Source of the DNA: Eubacteriales bacterium
Lineage (GTDB): Bacteria > Bacillota > Clostridia > Lachnospirales > Lachnospiraceae
NCBI GenBank assembly: GCA_030533125.1
Contig: JAUNJS010000001.1
Span: 1 to 35,303 of the forward strand
Length of the DNA stretch: 35,303 bases
Direction: 5' to 3'
Part shown: piece by piece, positions 7,800 through 15,711 of the stretch
Layout: each line of letters starts with the position of its first letter
Numbering within the stretch: the first letter of the stretch is position 1
The notes under the pieces: model-generated
Seen by the model: only the letters and a program-made list of their open reading frames with translations
What the model was told of the DNA's origin: nothing
Databases searched by the model: none
Program-made: the position numbers and the translations under genes

Positions 7800-9380
7800 T
7801 TACGCGGTCTCCACATATTCTGTTCCGATTACAGAAACCTCATACTGCTGCAGGTCATTCAGTAAATCCACAACCATTCTGCGCGAGGTTTTTTTCGACA
7901 GAAGCGCAATAAAGACAGGCGTCTTTCCGACATATACACGCTCGTCATAAAACATTGTTTTCTTCCCGGCTGTTTTGATCTCTACATCCATTCCGTGTTT
8001 ATCCACAAGGTATTCCCGCTGTTTCTCCAGAAGGAACGCTGCGTCTTCGGATAACTCTCCCGCCGCGATCATGGTGATTTTATCTGCCTTCAAAAGACTG
8101 CTGCGAAACGCGACGGTTTCAGCGATTGTCCTTGTATCCTCCGGTTTCGCGGAGGTACCGTATCTCCGGACATAGATCTTCTTATCATGCAGAAACCGTT
8201 GGAGTGCCGTTCTGTACGGGTACTCATACAGCCCGCCGAAGGAACGAATTCCTGTCAGATCCTGAATCTCCTTTTCGCTGCGGACGTTCTGAGAGGCCAA
8301 CGTGCGGTAGAAAGAGATCAATATGTACAGAATCATACCGATCAGAAATCCCACAATCACATTGCCGATAGAGAAATGTGGAGGCGTAACAACGTCTTCT
8401 TCGCCTTCTTCAGTTTCCGCGAGGGCGATCCCCAGTCGCTCAGCGACCTGATCAATACTCGTTTCTGCTCCTTCTACTGACTGTAATTCACTCAGCCCGG
8501 ACTGAACATATCCCTTCGCGATCATTGCGTCCGCTTCTTCTCTTTCCTCCGGGGTAAGATTTATATACTTCTTTATAAAAGTGCCATAAGCGCTCTTGAC
8601 GTTCTCATAAGCTTTCGTCTGCTGATTCAACCGGTCCGTACTGCTCACCGTGTATTCGCTTGCGTAAACCAGTTCCAGCGTACTCCCCTTTGCAATAGTG
8701 CTGGCTTTCTTCATTTTCTCCAGCTGATCCACAAAGAGTTTCTGAACCTTACTGCCTTCTATATTCCCGGGCAGGATCATCGTAATCTTAAAAGCCAGTG
8801 AAGCTTCCCGCTCAATCTCCTTTTTTTCCCCCGGAACGGATGTCCAGGACAGTTCCCGGACATACATGGGATCCTGTGCGCAGCCCAGGAGCTCTATCAG
8901 CTGTGAGTTAAATGTCTCGTCATTTTTATAGGAATTATACAGGTTTACCAGCGTTCTGGCATCCGCCTGCTCACTTCCCCCCTCTTTGACATAGAAGGTC
9001 ATCTCAAGTCTTCTCTCATTAAAAGGATCCAGGCTCATGATAAGAGAATTATCGTAATAATCCTTTTTTTGTTTGTATTGTAGATAGTAAGTGAGTGTCT
9101 CCGGAACCGGAAGGCCCACGATTCCTTCGATCGCAGGGTTCTTTTCATTTTTGTTCTCTGTCCCTTCTTCTCCGGACTCGACTCCTTCCTCTAATTGGTA
9201 ATTTTGGTAATTGTCCTGCGCCTGATACGCCTTTTTATCTAGATAATACTTTCCCGTGGAAACCAGGATAGCAAAAATGAGCCCAACAACCAGAAGACCG
9301 CGCCACTGCTCCGCCAGATCCCACAGGAAATCCGACAGCACGATTACATGTTCTTCCATTTTCCGTTTCTCTTTCACCAC
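7800..9380 (-). CDS. Polysaccharide co-polymerase / chain-length determinant (Wzz/CpsC-like) with C-terminal extension
   Basis: N-terminal TM (WRGLLVVGLIFAILV), large loop, second TM (VIVGFLIGMILYILISF), then VRSEKEIQDLTGIRSFG. GGAGG RBS before GTG. Confidence 0.6.
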   Translation of the reverse strand: MVKEKRKMEEHVIVLSDFLWDLAEQWRGLLVVGLIFAILVSTGKYYLDKKAYQAQDNYQNYQLEEGVESGEEGTENKNEKNPAIEGIVGLPVPETLTYYLQYKQKKDYYDNSLIMSLDPFNERRLEMTFYVKEGGSEQADARTLVNLYNSYKNDETFNSQLIELLGCAQDPMYVRELSWTSVPGEKKEIEREASLAFKITMILPGNIEGSKVQKLFVDQLEKMKKASTIAKGSTLELVYASEYTVSSTDRLNQQTKAYENVKSAYGTFIKKYINLTPEEREEADAMIAKGYVQSGLSELQSVEGAETSIDQVAERLGIALAETEEGEEDVVTPPHFSIGNVIVGFLIGMILYILISFYRTLASQNVRSEKEIQDLTGIRSFGGLYEYPYRTALQRFLHDKKIYVRRYGTSAKPEDTRTIAETVAFRSSLLKADKITMIAAGELSEDAAFLLEKQREYLVDKHGMDVEIKTAGKKTMFYDERVYVGKTPVFIALLSKKTSRRMVVDLLNDLQQYEVSVIGTEYVETA

Positions 9381-9450
9381 ATACCTCCAACTGTTTTCTT
9401 TTCAGAGAGAATGAATCCGGGTATTCTGCTGCGCTTGGAAAAAACCTGTT

Positions 9451-10119
9451 TTACAGCGGCTTGATCTTCCTTTCCACCAGTTTCGCGGGGTTTCCGTACA
9501 CCATTCCGTGCGCGGGAATGGATTTGATGACGTTGGAGGCCATGCCGATGAAGGCAAATTCTCCGATCTCCGTATAATTGTTCACGGAAGTGTTCAATCC
9601 GAAAAAGCATCCCTGCCCGATGGTATTGTTGCTACCGATCACGGAGTGGGCCGCAAAAAAGCAGTTGTCGCCGACCACGGTATCATGACCGATCAGGGTA
9701 TTGGACTGAATCGTCACATGGTTCCCGATAATCGCGTTGGAATTAATGACCGCATTGGCCATGACAGCTGTCCCGTGCCCGACCTTCGCGGACCGCACGA
9801 CCGTGGCGAGCGGATGGATAAAGGTCGCGTAGCGTTCCTCCGGGATGCCGTACCAGTCCCTCCACCCGATCCTCTCTTCGATCTTGTCGGGACGCCACAT
9901 CTGGAAGATGAATTTGACGTCTTCATATTGTCCGTATTTCGAGAAAACCTCCCTGGATCCGCACAGCAGAGGAAAGCCGTTGATTTCCTTTCCGTAAGTG
10001 GGGTCATCGAATGCGAAGCCCAGAAACTCCACGTCCGCCCCGCGCAGCTGCGCGTCATAGATCTGTTCCCCGATCAACAGTCCCGATCCCTTGCCTCCGA
10101 TAACAATAATCTTATCCAT
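9451..10119 (-). CDS. PglD/NeuD-family sugar acyltransferase (left-handed beta-helix)
   Basis: N-terminal IIVIGGKGSG, ATFIHP, hexapeptide repeats, IGHD and C-terminal VYGNPAK. Confidence 0.88.
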   Translation of the reverse strand: MDKIIVIGGKGSGLLIGEQIYDAQLRGADVEFLGFAFDDPTYGKEINGFPLLCGSREVFSKYGQYEDVKFIFQMWRPDKIEERIGWRDWYGIPEERYATFIHPLATVVRSAKVGHGTAVMANAVINSNAIIGNHVTIQSNTLIGHDTVVGDNCFFAAHSVIGSNNTIGQGCFFGLNTSVNNYTEIGEFAFIGMASNVIKSIPAHGMVYGNPAKLVERKIKPL

Positions 10120-10160
10120 TTTCTTTTCCTTTTTTCTTAAAACAATACTGGTTGTCGTGT

Positions 10161-10199
10161 AAAACTGCAGTGCGAATGATCTCGCAGATCGTTCTGCAG
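10161..10199 (-). terminator. Possible intrinsic terminator/attenuator hairpin
   Basis: Minus strand CTGCA-GAACGATCT-GCG-AGATCATTC-gcac-TGCAG followed by TTTT. One mismatch, one bulge and a short U-tract. Confidence 0.3.
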
Positions 10200-10268
10200 G
10201 CTGTGATTCATATAGTGTGTCCGACGGTTAAACCGGGATGTCAGCCGGAGTGCCGGCCGTCCCCTGTT

Positions 10269-10958
10269 TCAGGATTCTCCCTGTTTCTCCGATTCGTCCG
10301 CCGGCCTTACCGCGCCCTCTTTGGTTCTGGTCCATCCGGCGCGCTCCACATGGAGGCTGGTGGGCATTTCCTCTCCCTGGCCGATCCCCTCGTGGATAAA
10401 CACTTTTTTCACCGTCTTGAACAGAATCTTCAGGTCGCCCGGGAAGGTGATGTGGTCGACATATTCCAGGTCGTAGGCAAACTTTTCCTCCCAGGAGAGG
10501 TTGTTCCTGCCGTTGACCTGGGCCAGACCGGTCAGACCGGGCCGCACGTCGTGGCGGTGCCTCTCCTTTTTGGTATAAAAAGGCAGATAAACGACCGCAA
10601 GGGGCCTCGGCCCCACGATGGAGAGATCCCCCTTCAGAATGTTGAGGAGGGAGGGAAGCTCATCCAGGGAAGTCGCCCGGATAAGGCGCCCGTATTTATT
10701 GAGGCGGTCCTTGTCCGGCAGGAGCTTTCCGTCGGCGTCCTTTTCATTGGTCATGGAGCGGAACTTGATCAGCCGGATGATCTTCTCTCTTCCGGTCTTT
10801 TTGTCCCTCTTGCCGGGTCTTTTCTGCAGATAAAACGGATTGCCTTTCATCTCCACGGCGCCGACGACCGTGAGGAGCAGGAGCGCCGGACTGAGGATGA
10901 CCAGGGCAAACAGAGAAAGCCAGAAATCAATAAAACGTTTAAAAAATCCTGCGTACAT
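10269..10958 (-). CDS. PglC/EpsL-like priming phosphoglycosyl transferase
   Basis: KRFIDF, QKRPG, KFRSM, LLPDKDRL, RATSLDELP, GPRPL, RHDVRPGLTGLAQVNGRN and WEEKFAYDLEY. GAGGA RBS before ATG 10958. Confidence 0.92.
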   Translation of the reverse strand: MYAGFFKRFIDFWLSLFALVILSPALLLLTVVGAVEMKGNPFYLQKRPGKRDKKTGREKIIRLIKFRSMTNEKDADGKLLPDKDRLNKYGRLIRATSLDELPSLLNILKGDLSIVGPRPLAVVYLPFYTKKERHRHDVRPGLTGLAQVNGRNNLSWEEKFAYDLEYVDHITFPGDLKILFKTVKKVFIHEGIGQGEEMPTSLHVERAGWTRTKEGAVRPADESEKQGES

Positions 10959-11054
10959 ATGTATCCTCATGTCTGTGGTTTTGTCCTTTGTCCACAGACC
11001 CCTTTGCATATTGCATAAAGCTGTGCACACGGAAGAATGCAGATGCGCACTGTC

Positions 11055-11984
11055 TTATTTTCGTTTTGCGGTCAGCCCTGCCTGCACCATCACGTTTTCC
11101 GCCCGCTTCCGCATCGGAGGACCCACCATGGTTCCGTTCAGCATGGCAACTCCCGAGGTGCCCTCCCCGGCTGCTTTCTGAATCGCCCCGATGACCCGGC
11201 CGGCGTGATCGATCTGCTCCTCGTCGGGAGAGAACGCCCTGTTTGCCGGCGCGATCTGTCTGGGGTTGATCAGAAGACAGCCGGCGAACCCGTTTTTGTA
11301 GGCCAGTTTCTCGTTTTCCTCAAACCCGCTGACATCCGGGATGTTCAGGTAGGGTGTGTCGATCGGCAGCAGGCCGTTCATGCGGGCGGCGTTGGCCAGT
11401 ACCGCGCGGGGCCAGGCGAGCGCCGTCTGCTGATAGACATAGATTGTGCCGAGATCATTCAGATAGTCCTCCCCGCCGAGACACAGGGCCGTCAGCCTCG
11501 GGCTTGCCTTCGCGATCTCGCAGATATTCGCGATGGCGGCAGTAGTCTCGATGAGCGGAGCCAGCCGGACACTCCCGGCCGGCAGACCGTTTTTGATCTC
11601 AAAAAACTCCAGCAGCCTGTCGATAAAAACAAGGTCCTCCGCAGTCTCGATCTTGGACGGCATCAGCCCGTCGACCCCCGGGAGAATGAGCTCCGAGAAA
11701 TCCCGGACGAAATCCTCCGTCCCGAGATGGTTGATCCGGATGTAAACGGTCTTCCGTTCCAGTTTTCCGCTCTCCGAATACTGCCGCACGATTCCGCGCG
11801 CCTCTTCCCTGCGGGCAGGCGGGACGGCGTCCTCCATATCGAGAATGATCGCGTCCGCCTCGCTCTCCAGCGCCTTATCAATAAACTTCGTATTGTGTGC
11901 GGGCAGGAAGAGGAAACTCCTCATCAGGCGCGGAGCGCTTTCCTGCCGCTCTCTTTGATGCTGTTCTCCTGTATGTCCTGCCAC
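11055..11984 (-). CDS. CitE/malyl-CoA lyase family (HpcH/HpaI aldolase-citrate lyase superfamily)
   Basis: RSFLFLPA, DAIILDMEDAV, YIRIN, PLIET, LGGEDY, PIDTPY, LINPRQI and GTMVGPP. The start is GTG 11984 (AAGGAG upstream) or ATG 11924. Confidence 0.9.
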   Translation of the reverse strand: MAGHTGEQHQRERQESAPRLMRSFLFLPAHNTKFIDKALESEADAIILDMEDAVPPARREEARGIVRQYSESGKLERKTVYIRINHLGTEDFVRDFSELILPGVDGLMPSKIETAEDLVFIDRLLEFFEIKNGLPAGSVRLAPLIETTAAIANICEIAKASPRLTALCLGGEDYLNDLGTIYVYQQTALAWPRAVLANAARMNGLLPIDTPYLNIPDVSGFEENEKLAYKNGFAGCLLINPRQIAPANRAFSPDEEQIDHAGRVIGAIQKAAGEGTSGVAMLNGTMVGPPMRKRAENVMVQAGLTAKRK

Positions 11985-12126
11985 TGCTGTTCATCTCCTT
12001 TTCCATCTGCGCATGCCGTTTCCGGTCTGCCGACAGTCTGCTGCGGGTCACAGAGGAATGTTTTCCGAATGCTTCTGAATGCTCCCCCGCCCGGCACTCC
12101 CTGTCTGAATCCGGCCTGCGGAAAGC

Positions 12127-13677
12127 TCACAGGCTTATGTTCCCGTGTTTTTTCGGGAGGCTGATCTCCGTTTTTTTATTTTCGAGCCCCCGGAATGCCA
12201 GGATCAGTTTTTGCCGGGTCTCCTCGGGGAGGATGATCTCATCGACAAACCCGCAGGAGGCAGCGAAATAGGGGTTCAGGTACTGTTTTTCGTATTCGCT
12301 GATCTGCCGCTCCCGGAAGGCGTCCGGATCCTCCGCGTCCCGGATCTGTTTCTGGAACATCACGTCCACTGCACCGTCCGCGCCCATCACCGCGAGTTCG
12401 CAGATCGGCCAGGCGTAGACGAGATCCCCTCCCATCGCCTTGCTGTTCATGGCGCAGTAGGCGCCGCCATAGGCTTTCCGCATGATCACGGACACCTTTG
12501 GGACCGTCGCCTCTGAGAACGCGTACAGGATCTTGCTGCCGTGCCGGAGAATGCCCTTCATCTCCTGCTGTTTGCCCGGGAAGAATCCGGGCACATCCAC
12601 GAGGACAAGCAGGGGGATCTCGAAGCAGTCGCAGAACCGGACAAACCGGGCGCACTTGTCGCCCGCGTCGCAGTCAAGCGATCCGCCCATATACAGGGCC
12701 TGGTTCGCGACGACCCCGATGCTCTTTCCCTCCAGACGGATAAAGCCCGTGACCAGATTTCTGGCGAAGCCCTCCGAAAACTCATAGAAGTCGCCGTGAT
12801 CGGAAATGCAGCGGATGACCTCGCGGACATCATATGGGTGCCGCTTATTCTCCGGGACGATGTTTTCGATCTTCAGCCCCCTCTTCGTGTAGTCGACCCC
12901 TCTGCGCTTTTTGTGTTCCACCTGCGGCTGTGTGAGGAAGGACAGGACCCTCCGGATCTGGTTGATGCAGTCCTGGTCGTTCTCGCAGACAATGTGAGCC
13001 TGACCGCTGTGTTCGGCGTGAACGCCCGCGCCGCCGAGTTCGTTCATGGAGACGTCCTCGCCTGTGAGCGCCTTGATCACGCGGGGACCGGTAATGAAAA
13101 ACTGCCCTGTCTCCTTCACCATCAGGAGAACATCGCACATAGCCGGGGAATAGGCGGAACCGCCCGCGCAGTTTCCCATGATCGCGGCGATCTGCGGAAT
13201 ATAGCCCGACGCCTGTGTATTGAGGTAGAACAGTCTGCTGTAGGCTGAGAGGGACAGGATCCCTTCCTCGATTCTGGCGCCCCCGCTCTCGCACATCTGG
13301 ACAAACGGGGCGCGCGCCCGGATCGCCATTTCCAGAGTGCGGCTGATCTTGCTGACGTGCGTCTCGCCCCCGGCGCCGCCGCTCACTGTAGTGTCCTGCG
13401 CGGCCGCGTAGACGATTTTGTCATGGACGCGGCCGTATCCGCAGACGACGCCGTCTCCGATATACTGGCGTTTTTCGATCTTCTCCGGGATGATCCGCGT
13501 CTTCGCGTACATTTCTATTTCCGTAAAAATCCCGTCGTCAAACAGCAGCTCCATCCGCTCGCGGGCTGTCAGCTTTCCCCTGGCGTGTTCCCGGTCAATG
13601 CGTTTCTGACCGCCGCCCAGGAGAGCCTCCTCCCGAACGCTCCGGTATTCCTGCCTGTATTTTTCTTCCCATGCCAT
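12127..13677 (-). CDS. Acyl-CoA carboxylase carboxyltransferase subunit (PccB/MmdA-like)
   Basis: GKLTARER, DGVVCGYG, SGGARIEEG, CAGGSAYSPA, DVPGFFPG, RKAYGGAY and terminal KKHGNISL. GGAGG RBS. Confidence 0.93.
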   Translation of the reverse strand: MAWEEKYRQEYRSVREEALLGGGQKRIDREHARGKLTARERMELLFDDGIFTEIEMYAKTRIIPEKIEKRQYIGDGVVCGYGRVHDKIVYAAAQDTTVSGGAGGETHVSKISRTLEMAIRARAPFVQMCESGGARIEEGILSLSAYSRLFYLNTQASGYIPQIAAIMGNCAGGSAYSPAMCDVLLMVKETGQFFITGPRVIKALTGEDVSMNELGGAGVHAEHSGQAHIVCENDQDCINQIRRVLSFLTQPQVEHKKRRGVDYTKRGLKIENIVPENKRHPYDVREVIRCISDHGDFYEFSEGFARNLVTGFIRLEGKSIGVVANQALYMGGSLDCDAGDKCARFVRFCDCFEIPLLVLVDVPGFFPGKQQEMKGILRHGSKILYAFSEATVPKVSVIMRKAYGGAYCAMNSKAMGGDLVYAWPICELAVMGADGAVDVMFQKQIRDAEDPDAFRERQISEYEKQYLNPYFAASCGFVDEIILPEETRQKLILAFRGLENKKTEISLPKKHGNISL

Positions 13678-13762
13678 ACCTGTGGGACAACCTCCAATAC
13701 ACTGTGCCGCGTCCGCTTCGGATAAAACTGTCCGGAGGACAAACTGACGCGGCGAAACAATC

Positions 13763-14227
13763 TCAGGATTCTCTCTTTTTGATCAGGACGTGTCTGCGGA
13801 ACCGGAGTACGTCCTTTCCATCCTGGTTATACCCCGTTGTCTCCACATAGATAATGCCTCTGTCGGGTTTGCTCTTCGATTCCCGGCACTCCAGGATTAC
13901 GGACCGCGCGTAGAGCGTGTCGCCGACAAAAGAGGGACCCAGATGTTCGATCTTTTCGTAATCGAGATTGGCGATCGCCTTGCCGCTGATATCCGGCACC
14001 GTAAAGCCGACCACCAGGCTGAATACCAGCGTGCCGACCACCAGGACGCGGCCGTGCACCTGCTTTTCCGCGTAATCCCGGTTCGTATGCACAGGATGCG
14101 CGTTCATGGTCAGCAGGCAGAACAGATTGTTGTCGCTCTCAAAGATTGTCTTGGACAGGGTATGCTGAATCTCCTGTCCCACGGTGAAATCCTCGAAATA
14201 GTTGCCCATATTGCTCGGTGTGATCAT
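13763..14227 (-). CDS. MaoC-family (hotdog-fold) acyl-CoA dehydratase/hydratase
   Basis: GNYFEDFTVGQ, ESDNNLFCLLTMNAHPVH (D...H catalytic motif), VGDTLYARS and SKSKPDRGII. AGGAGG RBS before ATG 14227. Confidence 0.9.
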   Translation of the reverse strand: MITPSNMGNYFEDFTVGQEIQHTLSKTIFESDNNLFCLLTMNAHPVHTNRDYAEKQVHGRVLVVGTLVFSLVVGFTVPDISGKAIANLDYEKIEHLGPSFVGDTLYARSVILECRESKSKPDRGIIYVETTGYNQDGKDVLRFRRHVLIKKRES

Positions 14228-14345
14228 TCTTTCCTCCTGCCTCCGCGCGCGGAAGCCGTCCTGTTCCGCAGGGGCGGACATTCTCTGCCCGACCGGCTTC
14301 CGGGCCGTCGGATTCTGCCCCGGCATCCCGCGGATGCCCGCAGGC

Positions 14346-15323
14346 TCACAGCCGTCCCCGCTTGAGGAAAAGCTGCAGTTTCCACTTCATCGTATTGATC
14401 GGATTGTAGTTCGCGTATTTTTTCGCGATTCGGGTGAAATCCGCAGATCTGTAGGTCTGCCAGAACTGCTTCCTGTCCGCCGGCGGATCAAAGGGAGCGA
14501 TCAGCGGTTTCTGCAGGCTGTCTTCGACCCTTGTCTTCCTGCAGACCGCCCTGTCCGCGCAGGTTTCAAACAGTTTCTCTCCGCGGGCTGTATTGATCAG
14601 CACCAGGGAAACACCCTTGTTGTCCCAGAACTCCGGCAGCGCCTTTTCGATCCCCCAGTAGTCCGCGATCGTGATGTCCGCGGGGTGGATCGTTTTTTTA
14701 TAAGGACACTGATAACAGGAGGGGCGGAGGATCCGGTGCCCGTAAAACAGCCGGGGGAACACCCTGCTGTCCAGGGTCTTCCCGTCCGCGAAGGTCAGTG
14801 TGGTGACATGTGTCTTCCACCCGAACTTTTTCTTATTGCGGCAGATGACATCCCTGACCGCCTTTTTTTTCCGGCCCGCTTCCCAGGCCAGATAGTCGCG
14901 CCAGACCAGGGGGCTCGGCACGCCGTGGCAGACGATGTCGACCGTATAGAGCCTGTCCATCCTGTCTTCCGGCGTGTTTCTGTACTGCAGGAAAGCGAGC
15001 AGGCCCGCGATCTGACAGGACGTCCCGGAAAAGAGAACGGTCCGTCCGTCCTCCAGGTCCTTCGCGGCATCGAGATAAACCGTCCCCGGACTGCTCTGCA
15101 CATATTTTGAGCCCCGCATCCGGTCGCGCCCCTCGCGGGTTTCGGTCCTCGCATGAACCGCCTCAAACCGGTCATTGAAGACACAGCCGTATACGACACC
15201 GCCCCGGTCCAGGATGGAGTCGGACAGCACGGCAAACATTCCGCCGGACTGGGAGCGGAGCCGCTCCGAATCCTCCCTGTGCTTTGCCGCGTACACAACG
15301 GGCGTCTGAAAATACTGCGTCAT
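14346..15323 (-). CDS. Coenzyme F420 hydrogenase/dehydrogenase beta-subunit (FrhB/FdhB)-like protein
   Basis: SQSGGMF, MRGSKYVQS, VLFSGTSCQIAGL, DIVCHGVPSP, RPSCYQCPY, DITIADYWG and GVSLVLINT. ATGA overlap with the upstream ferredoxin. Confidence 0.88.
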   Translation of the reverse strand: MTQYFQTPVVYAAKHREDSERLRSQSGGMFAVLSDSILDRGGVVYGCVFNDRFEAVHARTETREGRDRMRGSKYVQSSPGTVYLDAAKDLEDGRTVLFSGTSCQIAGLLAFLQYRNTPEDRMDRLYTVDIVCHGVPSPLVWRDYLAWEAGRKKKAVRDVICRNKKKFGWKTHVTTLTFADGKTLDSRVFPRLFYGHRILRPSCYQCPYKKTIHPADITIADYWGIEKALPEFWDNKGVSLVLINTARGEKLFETCADRAVCRKTRVEDSLQKPLIAPFDPPADRKQFWQTYRSADFTRIAKKYANYNPINTMKWKLQLFLKRGRL

Positions 15324-15559
15324 TCAGTGCTCCTCTCCGCGAATCCGCCGGACTGATCCTTTTTAAACGCGCAGACCCGCAGGCACAGTTCACACCGGAT
15401 ACACTTCGTCTCATCCACCTGCGGATACAGAAAGCCCTCTTCGTCGGGTACCATCGCGATGGCGCCCGCAGGGCATATACAGCAGCACGCGGAGCATCCG
15501 CAGCAGCTTCCCTTTCCGTCGTACAGGACCGGACAGGGTTTTTCTGGTGAAGAGGACAT
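15320..15559 (-). CDS. 2x[4Fe-4S] ferredoxin-like protein
   Basis: CCGCSACCCICP and CIRCELCLRVC with linker DEEGFLYPQVD. AGGAGG RBS before ATG 15559. Confidence 0.88.
   Translation of the reverse strand: MSSSPEKPCPVLYDGKGSCCGCSACCCICPAGAIAMVPDEEGFLYPQVDETKCIRCELCLRVCAFKKDQSGGFAERSTE
15352..15368. repeat. 17-bp exact direct repeat, copy 1 (ACTGATCCTTTTTAAAC)
   Basis: Identical to 17143-17159. Confidence 0.8.
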
Positions 15560-15711
15560 CGTCCCGACCTCCTTTTGCGGCACAGAATTCTGTGTCATCC
15601 TGTTTGAAACGCCTTCCGGCTCTGCCTGAATCCTTCTCATCCCCTGTAAAAGCGATTTCCGCCGCCTTTTATCTCTGCCTTACAGACCCCGGTCTGATCC
15701 GCTGTCTCCTT

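Noticed and set aside
12056-12083. Three GAATG(C/T)T words at 10-11 bp spacing in the citE upstream spacer
   Set aside because: Too short to distinguish from chance, and no promoter is evident nearby.
14346-15323. True F420-reducing hydrogenase or methanogen origin
   Set aside because: No other hydrogenase subunits are present, and FrhB-like proteins are common in bacterial glycan loci.
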